From Dickeya solani IPO 2222 (GTDB lineage Bacteria > Pseudomonadota > Gammaproteobacteria > Enterobacterales > Enterobacteriaceae): a stretch of 32,000 bases of DNA. Position 1 is the first letter of the stretch. Every line of letters begins with the position of its first letter. The stretch spans positions 2,100,001-2,132,000 of the forward strand of contig NZ_CP015137.1 in assembly GCF_001644705.1 (NCBI RefSeq). The letters run 5' to 3'. Positions 9,770 through 17,032 of this stretch are shown here, one piece after another. Below the pieces are notes generated by a model, which saw nothing but the letters and a program-made list of their open reading frames with translations, had not been told where the DNA came from and did not search any database. Both the position numbers and the translations under genes were made by a program.

Positions 9770-10507
9770 ATGAGATTGGCTTTTACACTCCTTGACTGGC
9801 AGGCCAGCGCACCAGGGTTAGGCGAACTGTCGGCATGGCAACAATGGGCGGCGCAGCCGGCTGCGGTTGATGCGACTGGGCTGCTGACGAAATGCGATCA
9901 GCTGCCGATGATGACAGCGCGTCGGCTCAACAGCGGTAGCCGAATGGCGGTCAACAATGGCCTGGCCTTGCTACGGCGCCAGCCGGAAATCGAAGCGATT
10001 GTCTTTACCAGTCGCCACGGTGAACTGGAGCGTAACCTGCGTATTTTGCTGGCGTTATCAAAGCAGGAAAGTCTGTCTCCCACGGATTTCGCCATGTCGG
10101 TTCATAATTCGGCGGTAGGCAGCCTGACTATCGCTGCTCAGGCGCCGCTGGTATCAACCTCCCTTTCCGCCGGTATTGACTCCTTCCAGCAAGGGCTGCT
10201 TGAAGTGGCGGCCTTGCAGTCGGCGGGGTATTCCCATGTGCTGTTGGTGGATTTCGATGGCGCCATTCCTGAGTTTTATCACTCTCAGGTTGCCGGGCAG
10301 ATGCCGCGTTATCCCTACGCCGTCGCGTTGTTGCTGGCGCCCGGCTCCGCCCTGAACTGCGAAACGCGGTCGATGACGGGCGGCGCTGCGGAGCCCGCAT
10401 TGCCACAGAGTCTGCAATTCCTGCACGGCTGGTTGTCTCATAAACCCACATTCACGATTGATGGCGAGCGGCATCGCTGGCAATGGACGACGGTGCATCA
10501 TGTCTGA
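9770..10507 (+). CDS. apeC: Ketosynthase-like chain-length-factor subunit (no active-site Cys), partner of ApeO
   Basis: The 245-aa truncated KS-fold protein carries ...TSRHGELERN...FAMSVHNSAVGSLTIA..., typical of the short 'beta-ketoacyl synthase N-terminal-like' proteins of APE clusters. Its stop overlaps the next start (ATGTCTGA). Confidence 0.75.
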   Translation: MRLAFTLLDWQASAPGLGELSAWQQWAAQPAAVDATGLLTKCDQLPMMTARRLNSGSRMAVNNGLALLRRQPEIEAIVFTSRHGELERNLRILLALSKQESLSPTDFAMSVHNSAVGSLTIAAQAPLVSTSLSAGIDSFQQGLLEVAALQSAGYSHVLLVDFDGAIPEFYHSQVAGQMPRYPYAVALLLAPGSALNCETRSMTGGAAEPALPQSLQFLHGWLSHKPTFTIDGERHRWQWTTVHHV

Positions 10508-11282
10508 GTCGTCGCTGTCTCTGAACCGCTCGTCGCGCCTGAACTGGTGCTGGCGATTAGTGATGACCGGATGTTGCTTCGGGTTGTTCAGCCTGGGCGG
10601 CCTGCTGTTATCGGTCTGGTTCCGTCTGTTGTTGCTGTTGCAGCGCGATGAAGCAAAACGCCGGGTATGGGCGCGCCGCAGCATTGCCTTCAGTTTCCGT
10701 TGTTTCCTGCGCAGCGCCCGTGCGGTGGGGGTGTTGGATTATCAGATTGATGGCATTGAAACGCTGCGCGGCGATCGCGGTTGTCTGGTAGTGGCCAACC
10801 ATCCCACATTGATTGACTACGTCCTGCTGGCTTCTGTGATGCCGGATGTCGACTGTCTGGTGAAAGCTGAACTACGCCAGAACATTTTTTTCCGCGGCGT
10901 TATTCGGGCGGCGGATTATCTGGTCAACAGTCAATCCGATACGTTACTGCCTGATTGTCATCAGCGGCTTAATCGCGGGGATGTGATCATGATTTTCCCC
11001 GAGGGCACCCGCACCCGCTATCAGCAACCGGTGGTGCTGCAACGCGGCGCCGCCAATATCGCCGTACGTTGCGGCTGTGATTTACGCATCGTGCATATTC
11101 TTTGCAGCCAGCAAACGCTGGGAAAACAGAGCCGTTGGTATCAGATTCCGCCTGAAAAACCCTGCTTTACCATCCGGGTTCGCGAACGTATCAGCAGTCA
11201 GGCATTTATAACCGGGGAGGACGAACTGCCGCTGGCGGCACGCCGTCTGAATCGTTTTTTGCAGCAGTCTCTCACGCTTTGA
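10500..11282 (+). CDS. apeD: Lysophospholipid (PlsC/LPLAT-family) acyltransferase
   Basis: The H(X)4D motif VVANHPTLIDY and the FPEGTRT motif are both present, with an N-terminal TM segment. The start at 10500 overlaps the apeC stop by 8 nt, and I prefer it over the ORF-track start at 10458. Confidence 0.85.
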   Translation: MSESSLSLNRSSRLNWCWRLVMTGCCFGLFSLGGLLLSVWFRLLLLLQRDEAKRRVWARRSIAFSFRCFLRSARAVGVLDYQIDGIETLRGDRGCLVVANHPTLIDYVLLASVMPDVDCLVKAELRQNIFFRGVIRAADYLVNSQSDTLLPDCHQRLNRGDVIMIFPEGTRTRYQQPVVLQRGAANIAVRCGCDLRIVHILCSQQTLGKQSRWYQIPPEKPCFTIRVRERISSQAFITGEDELPLAARRLNRFLQQSLTL

Positions 11283-11315
11283 TAAGCATAATAAATCAGA
11301 AAACAGGTATGAGTT

Positions 11316-11582
11316 ATGGAAGATCTTTTCCTTGAAATCAAACAGATGATTATCGATGCCCTGAACCTTGAGGAGGTGAGCGTCGATGAAATCGAGACTG
11401 AGGCTCCCTTGTTTGGCGAAGGGTTGGGGCTGGATTCGATCGATGCGCTTGAGCTCGGTCTGGCGGTGAAAAACCGCTATGGTGTGGTGCTTTCCGCTGA
11501 AAGCGAGGAAATGCGGCAGCATTTCTTTTCCGTCGCGACGCTGGCGTCATTCATTATGTCTCAGCGTCAGGCCAGCGCCTGA
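11316..11582 (+). CDS. apeE: Acyl carrier protein 1
   Basis: The 88-aa acidic four-helix-type sequence has the phosphopantetheine site GLGLDSIDALEL. Confidence 0.85.
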   Translation: MEDLFLEIKQMIIDALNLEEVSVDEIETEAPLFGEGLGLDSIDALELGLAVKNRYGVVLSAESEEMRQHFFSVATLASFIMSQRQASA

Positions 11583-11604
11583 TTGAAAAGATGATGGGTT
11601 TATC

Positions 11605-11859
11605 ATGGATAAAAATGAAGTTTATAACGAAATCAAAACGCTGCTGGTAAAGCTGTTTGAACTCGACGAAGACGACATCACGCTGGAATCGCGTTTGTAT
11701 GAAGATCTGGAGCTGGACAGCATCGACGCGGTTGACATGGTGGTGCATTTGCAAAAACGCATTGGCCGTAAGATTTCACCGGAAACCTTCAAATCTGTAC
11801 GTACCGTGCAGGATGTCGTGACCGCTATCGAGCAACTGATGGACCATGAAGGCAAATGA
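11605..11859 (+). CDS. apeF: Acyl carrier protein 2
   Basis: The 84-aa product has the phosphopantetheine site DLELDSIDAVDM. Confidence 0.85.
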   Translation: MDKNEVYNEIKTLLVKLFELDEDDITLESRLYEDLELDSIDAVDMVVHLQKRIGRKISPETFKSVRTVQDVVTAIEQLMDHEGK

Positions 11860-12433
11860 GGCCGGGCGGCGCCTGCATCGCATAACCGGCGTGTTGGTAG
11901 GCGTGATGACGCTGAGCTGGCCTTTTCTGGTGTGGTTCAGTATTACGCATCCCGATCACCGTTGGTTATTGCCGCTGTTGGCGCTGTTGTTTCTGGCACG
12001 CATGCTGATGCTCAGAGGCGAGCGCGGATTGTTCAGGGAAACCGGGCTGTTGCTGGCGGCGGTAGGGGCGGCGCTGTGTATTGCCAGCCTGTGGCTGCGG
12101 GACCGGCAGTGGCTGATGTGGTATCCGGTGGCGGTGAATGCCGTCATGCTGACGTTGTTTTTCGGTTCGCTGTTCAGCCGAATGCCGTTCATTGAGCGTA
12201 TTGCCCGTTTACGGGAACCGGATTTGCCTGCCAGAGCCATCGTTTATACGCGACGTGTTACGCAAGTCTGGTGCCTGTTTTTTGTTTTCAATGGCGCGAT
12301 AGCGTTATTGACCTGCCTGTCGGGAAACATGGTCTGGTGGACCGCATGGAACGGCATGTTCAGCTATCTGCTGATGGGGCTGTTGATGGGCGGCGAATGG
12401 CTGATACGCCAGCGACTGAGAACATCAGCCTGA
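11846..12433 (+). CDS. apeG: Integral membrane protein of APE clusters (unknown function)
   Basis: The 195-aa product has about 5-6 hydrophobic helices (VLVGVMTLSWPFLVWF, LLPLLALLFLARML, LLLAAVGAALCIASLW ...). It overlaps apeF by 14 nt and occupies the same position as the membrane protein of characterised APE clusters. Confidence 0.65.
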   Translation: MKANEAGRRLHRITGVLVGVMTLSWPFLVWFSITHPDHRWLLPLLALLFLARMLMLRGERGLFRETGLLLAAVGAALCIASLWLRDRQWLMWYPVAVNAVMLTLFFGSLFSRMPFIERIARLREPDLPARAIVYTRRVTQVWCLFFVFNGAIALLTCLSGNMVWWTAWNGMFSYLLMGLLMGGEWLIRQRLRTSA

Positions 12434-12492
12434 ACCGTTGACGGACAGGCGGAATACCGCAAGACCGGATGATAGAAGAATAGTGTGACGGA

Positions 12493-13863
12493 ATGAATAA
12501 TGTGACCGCCCGGTCATTGAATGACTGGTTAACCAACGACGAAACATCAATCGCGCGCCTGATCGCCACCAACGGTAAACAAGATTTTACCTTGACGACG
12601 ATGCGTCATCAGGTGATGTCGCTCTGTCAGCAACTGATGTCATGCGGCGAGTCGCGTTGGGCATTGTGTTTTGAAGACAGCTACCTGTTCACCGTGGCGC
12701 TGCTGGCGGCGCTGCACGCCGGGAAAACGCCGGTGATTTACGGCCATTGCCGCGAATCCGTGCTGCGTGAGCAGCATGATGAATTTGACGGATTGTTGAC
12801 TGACAACCGTATGACGCTGGCCTGTCGCTGCCTTTATCTTTCGGCTGAGGCGCCACAGGGGGCTGGTCATCACATTGAAGACGCACTGCCGCCGGTCCCC
12901 GACGACGCCGGCCTGATACTGTTTACGTCCGGCTCCACCGGTAAACCTCGTCGGATACATAAACCGATACGTTGCATGGATGAGGAAGCGCGTTGGCTGG
13001 CCCGGCTGTGGGGCGAGCGTCTGCGCGATTGCCATGTGATGGCATCGGTTACCCACCAGCATATGTACGGGCTGACATTCCGTATCTGGCTGCCGATGTC
13101 GCTGGGGCTCAGTTTCGACAGCCGTCAGGTGCTGTATAGCGAGCAACTGGCGGCGCATTCGTCGGATCGTCGTTACGCCTTTATCAGCAGTCCGGCGTTT
13201 CTGCGCCGGATTGACCATTCCCTCCAGGCTCCGTTTTGCGAGCTGATTGTTTCGGCTGGCGGCGTCCTGCCGTGGCCGTGCGCGCAGTCCGCGCAGCAAT
13301 GGCTGGGAAGCGCGGTGGATGAAATTTACGGCAGTACGGAAACCGGCGTGATGGGCTGGCGCTCCCGGCACGATGAACAGACCGTCTGGCAGCCGTTCCC
13401 CGGCGTTTCCTTTCAGGGGGATGACGACGGGAGCTGGCGGGCGCGTTCCGCACTCATCCCGCAGGCTGAAGGCATGAAACTGGACGACAAGCTGGCGTTT
13501 GATGAACGCGGCTGTTTCCAACTGTGCGGGCGGCACGACCGCATTGTTAAAATCGAAGATAAACGTATTTCGCTCAGCGAGATTGAGCGCCGGCTGTTGT
13601 CTCTGCCGGAAATTGACGACGCGGTTGCCTTGCAAGTGACCCGACATGACAGAAGCGGCATTGGCGTGGTGTTGGTGCTGAAATCGCCGGCGGCACCCGC
13701 CGGGCTGCCGGCGTTGAAACGCCAGTGGCGGCGTGAGTTGCACAAATGGCTGGAACCGGTGGCGATGCCGAGGTTCTGGCGGATTGTCGACGCCATTCCC
13801 CTTAACAGTCAGAGCAAACGTGCCTGGCCGCAGATACAGGAGCTGTTTCATGCTGCCGGTTGA
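12493..13863 (+). CDS. apeH: AMP-dependent synthetase/ligase (aryl-starter adenylating/ACP-loading enzyme)
   Basis: The ANL core motifs LILFTSGSTGKPRRI (A3) and EIYGSTETG (A5) are present. The product is 456 aa. Confidence 0.85.
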   Translation: MNNVTARSLNDWLTNDETSIARLIATNGKQDFTLTTMRHQVMSLCQQLMSCGESRWALCFEDSYLFTVALLAALHAGKTPVIYGHCRESVLREQHDEFDGLLTDNRMTLACRCLYLSAEAPQGAGHHIEDALPPVPDDAGLILFTSGSTGKPRRIHKPIRCMDEEARWLARLWGERLRDCHVMASVTHQHMYGLTFRIWLPMSLGLSFDSRQVLYSEQLAAHSSDRRYAFISSPAFLRRIDHSLQAPFCELIVSAGGVLPWPCAQSAQQWLGSAVDEIYGSTETGVMGWRSRHDEQTVWQPFPGVSFQGDDDGSWRARSALIPQAEGMKLDDKLAFDERGCFQLCGRHDRIVKIEDKRISLSEIERRLLSLPEIDDAVALQVTRHDRSGIGVVLVLKSPAAPAGLPALKRQWRRELHKWLEPVAMPRFWRIVDAIPLNSQSKRAWPQIQELFHAAG

Positions 13864-14272
13864 ACTGTCGCGCGCCTGCTCTTCATCGCAGGCGGAACTG
13901 CTGCTTTATGTTGATGCCGGTCTGTTCTGGTTCGATGGCCACTTCCCCCGGCAACCGTTGTTGCCCGGCGTAGCGCAGCTTGACTGGGCGTTGCATTACG
14001 GCCGGGAGATTCTGGCGCCTGGCTGGCGCTTTCTCTCGGTGGAAAACATCAAATTCCAGCACCCGGTATTGCCGGATAAAACCCTGCGTCTGACGCTGAA
14101 CTGGCTGGAAGAAAAGCAACAATTGACCTTCAGCTACCACATTGTGGTTAATGAACAGATTGTTGTTAATGGGCCGATTGTGGTTAATGGACAGACTGTG
14201 GCCAATGGACAGGATGCGCCGGCACAGACCGGGCAGGCAGCCAGCAGCGGGAAAATTCGATTATGTCGATGA
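13850..14272 (+). CDS. apeI: FabZ/FabA-like hot-dog dehydratase carrying an internal hexapeptide tandem repeat
   Basis: The FDGHFPRQPLLPGVAQLDW motif (HFPxxPxxPG) marks hot-dog dehydratases. The ATG at 13850 overlaps the apeH stop by 14 nt. The C-terminal part contains IVVNEQ-IVVNGP-IVVNGQ-TVANGQ. Confidence 0.8.
   Translation: MLPVELSRACSSSQAELLLYVDAGLFWFDGHFPRQPLLPGVAQLDWALHYGREILAPGWRFLSVENIKFQHPVLPDKTLRLTLNWLEEKQQLTFSYHIVVNEQIVVNGPIVVNGQTVANGQDAPAQTGQAASSGKIRLCR
14141..14212 (+). repeat. In-frame 18-bp tandem repeat, 4 units, inside apeI
   Basis: The units are attgtggttaatgaacag / attgttgttaatgggccg / attgtggttaatggacag / actgtggccaatggacag. They differ from unit 3 by 1, 3 and 3 substitutions, and the array is exactly 4 x 6 codons. 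Confidence 0.95.
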
Positions 14273-15972
14273 ACCGCGAATTTTCGCCCTGTGTGGTGAT
14301 CCCCTGTTACAACCACGGCGCGATGATGCGCAGCGTGCTGACGCGGCTGGTGCCGTTCGGCCTGCCGGTGCTGATCGTCGATGACGGCAGCGATGACGCG
14401 ACACGGCAGGTACTGTCTCGTCTGACTGACGAATTCGCCAATGTGACGCTGTTTCGACTGACGCAGAATAGCGGCAAGGGCGCTGCCGTGATGCACGGGC
14501 TGGCGATGGCGGCAGATGCCGGTTACAGCCATGCGTTACAGATTGACGCCGATGGTCAGCATCACATCGAAGATACGCCGCGCATGCTGGTGGAAGCGCG
14601 CGCCTGGCCGGATTGCCTGATCTCCGGGCGGCCGCTGTACGATGCGTCGGTGCCGCGTTCGCGGCTGTATGGCCGCTATGTCACCCATGTCTGGGTGTGG
14701 ATTGAAACGCTCTCGTTGTCGCTGAAAGACAGCATGTGCGGATTCCGGGTCTATCCCATCGCGCCGACGCTGGCGTTGTTAGCACAGCGGGCGATCGGCC
14801 GTCGTATGGACTTCGATACCGAAATCATGGTGCGGTTGTACTGGGACGGCACCTTCAGTCGTTTTGTCCCTACACGGGTGGTTTACCCTGAAAACGGCGT
14901 GTCCCATTTCGATGCGTTGCACGACAACCTGCGTATTTCCTGGATGCACACCCGCTTGTTTTTCGGCATGCTGCCGCGCATTCCGTCGTTGCTCAAACGC
15001 CGTCGTGAACCGCACTGGGCGGCCATCAATGAACGCAAGGGCATGCTGGGGATGCGTTTCATGCTGCAGGTTTACCGGTGGTTTGGCCGCCGGGCGTTTA
15101 CCCTGTTGCTGTGGCCGGTGATCGCGTTTTACTGGCTGACCGGCGGCCCGCAGCGCAAGGCCTCGCAGGACTGGCTGCGCGCGGTGCGTCTGTATGCCCG
15201 CCAGCATCATGTCAGCCTGCCGCGTCCGCTGACCAGCTATCACCATTTTCTGCGTTTTGGTCACGCCATGATCGACAAAATCGCCAGCTGGCGCGGCGAC
15301 CTGCAATGGGGACGGGATATTGATTTCGCACCCGGGGCGTTAGACGCCATCAATCAGGGAAGACAGCGCGGGCAACTGATTCTGGCGTCTCATCTCGGCG
15401 ATATTGAAGTGTGTCGCGGACTGGCCCGCCAGGTCAGCGGGCTGGTGATCAATGCGCTGGTGTTTACCGACAATGCCCAGCGTTTCCGACAGCTTCAGGA
15501 AGCGGTGGCGCCGCAGGCCGGGGTTAACCTGATTCCGGTCAGCGATATCGGCCCGGATACCGCCATATTGCTGCAACAGAAGCTGGATGCGGGCGAGTGG
15601 GTGGCGATTGTGGGTGACCGCACTGCGGTTAATCGTCAGCGCGGCGGCGGTCGGCGGGTGGTCTGGAGCCCGTTTCTCGGCCGGCCGGCGCCGTTTCCTC
15701 AGGGACCGTTCGTACTGGCGGCGGCGCTGCGTTGCCCGGTATTGCTGATGTTTGCCATTCGCGAGCGCGACAAATTACGGGTTTATTGCGAACCGTTCGC
15801 CGACCCGATTTTGTTGCCGCGCGCCCATCGTCAGAGCGCTTTGCAGCAGGTGGTGGATCGCTATGCCGGACGGCTGGAACACCACGCGCTGAAAGCGCCG
15901 CTGGACTGGTTCAATTTTTTCGATTTCTGGCAGCTGTCGGATGACACGCCGACTGATAGGGAAAAGACATGA
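14263..15972 (+). CDS. apeJ: Bifunctional family-2 glycosyltransferase / LpxL(HtrB)-like lipid acyltransferase
   Basis: The N-terminal part has GT2 motifs VVIPCYNHG, LIVDDGSDD and QIDADGQH, followed by central TM segments. The C-terminal part has a LpxL-like HX4E motif (ASHLGDIEV). The start is either 14263 or 14269 (an ATGA overlap with the apeI stop). Confidence 0.8.
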   Translation: MSMNREFSPCVVIPCYNHGAMMRSVLTRLVPFGLPVLIVDDGSDDATRQVLSRLTDEFANVTLFRLTQNSGKGAAVMHGLAMAADAGYSHALQIDADGQHHIEDTPRMLVEARAWPDCLISGRPLYDASVPRSRLYGRYVTHVWVWIETLSLSLKDSMCGFRVYPIAPTLALLAQRAIGRRMDFDTEIMVRLYWDGTFSRFVPTRVVYPENGVSHFDALHDNLRISWMHTRLFFGMLPRIPSLLKRRREPHWAAINERKGMLGMRFMLQVYRWFGRRAFTLLLWPVIAFYWLTGGPQRKASQDWLRAVRLYARQHHVSLPRPLTSYHHFLRFGHAMIDKIASWRGDLQWGRDIDFAPGALDAINQGRQRGQLILASHLGDIEVCRGLARQVSGLVINALVFTDNAQRFRQLQEAVAPQAGVNLIPVSDIGPDTAILLQQKLDAGEWVAIVGDRTAVNRQRGGGRRVVWSPFLGRPAPFPQGPFVLAAALRCPVLLMFAIRERDKLRVYCEPFADPILLPRAHRQSALQQVVDRYAGRLEHHALKAPLDWFNFFDFWQLSDDTPTDREKT

Positions 15973-16397
15973 GTGCGTTAACGGATCGCGACCTCAGCCA
16001 TGAGGTCGAACTGGTGGTCTCTTTCCACGACTGTGACCCGATGGGCGTAGTCTGGCATGGCAATTACTTTCGTTTTTTCGAGGTGGCGCGCGAAGCGTTG
16101 CTGGGTAAATACAATTACGGCTATCGGGAAATGAAAGCCTCCGGCTACGTCTGGCCGGTGGTGGATACCCGGGTGAAATACCGTTCGGTGCTGACCTACG
16201 AACAGCGGATTCGTGTGCGGGCGACGATTGAAGAAGTGGAAAACCGGCTGCGTATCGCCTACCAGATTTTCGATACGCAAAGCGGACAACGTACCACCAC
16301 CGGTTACACCATTCAGGTGGCGGTGGAAGAGGGCAGCAAGACCCTGAGTTTTGTTTCGCCGCAAATTTTGTTGGATCGCCTGGGAGTGACAGTTTGA
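15969..16397 (+). CDS. apeK: 4HBT/YbgC-type hot-dog thioesterase
   Basis: The 142-aa product carries SFHDCDPMGVVWHGNYFRFFE, typical of 4-hydroxybenzoyl-CoA-thioesterase-fold enzymes. There is an ATGA overlap with apeJ. Confidence 0.8.
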   Translation: MSALTDRDLSHEVELVVSFHDCDPMGVVWHGNYFRFFEVAREALLGKYNYGYREMKASGYVWPVVDTRVKYRSVLTYEQRIRVRATIEEVENRLRIAYQIFDTQSGQRTTTGYTIQVAVEEGSKTLSFVSPQILLDRLGVTV

Positions 16398-17032
16398 AAA
16401 CGATCAACATTATAAAGATCAACATAGTAAGGCCTATTCTGCTGGCCGTTATGACGCTCCTGAGCCTGACGGCGCAGGCGGTTACGCTGGATGAATTGCA
16501 GCAGCGTTTCAGCAGCCAGCCGGTGGTGCGCGCCGATTTTAGCCAGGTGCGACAAATTAAAGGCATGGCGCAGCCGCTTAAATCGAGCGGCGCGATGCTG
16601 ATTGCCCGACAGAAAGGGCTGTGGTGGCATCAGGCCAAACCTTTCCCGATGACGCTGGTGCTGGATGACACCCGTATGGTACAGGTGATGAACGGTCAGC
16701 CGCCTCAGATAGTTACCGCGGAAAGTCAGCCGCAGATGTTCCAGTTCAACCATTTGTTGCGGGCGCTGTTTCAGGCCGACCGCCAGGTACTGGAGCAGAA
16801 TTTCCGGGTCGATTTTAACGACCTGGGCCAACAGCGCTGGCGTTTGGTATTGACCCCGAAAGTTTCCCCGCTGGATAAGCTGTTCAATGCCATTACCCTG
16901 AACGGACAAACTTTTCTCGACGAAATCGTGATTGACGATCGTCAGGGCGATATGACCCGCATCATCCTGAGCAATCAGCGTATTACTCCCCAGGTGTTAA
17001 GCGATGACGAGCAAACCCGATTCGTTTTCTAA
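16394..17032 (+). CDS. apeL: LolA-like periplasmic lipoprotein-carrier-fold protein
   Basis: The signal peptide is ILLAVMTLLSLTAQA|VT. The mature N-terminus LDELQQRFSSQPVVRADFSQVRQIKGMAQPLKSSG resembles LolA-family proteins. The TTG start (a TTGA overlap with apeK) has a GGGAG SD 7 nt upstream. Confidence 0.7.
   Translation: MKTINIIKINIVRPILLAVMTLLSLTAQAVTLDELQQRFSSQPVVRADFSQVRQIKGMAQPLKSSGAMLIARQKGLWWHQAKPFPMTLVLDDTRMVQVMNGQPPQIVTAESQPQMFQFNHLLRALFQADRQVLEQNFRVDFNDLGQQRWRLVLTPKVSPLDKLFNAITLNGQTFLDEIVIDDRQGDMTRIILSNQRITPQVLSDDEQTRFVF

Noticed and set aside
12640-13851. A 403-aa minus-strand ORF antisense to apeH.
   Set aside because: This is a typical high-GC shadow ORF. Its composition is R/Q/H/P-rich and low-complexity, and it has no motif or SD. 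The sense strand carries clear ANL-ligase motifs and operon coupling.
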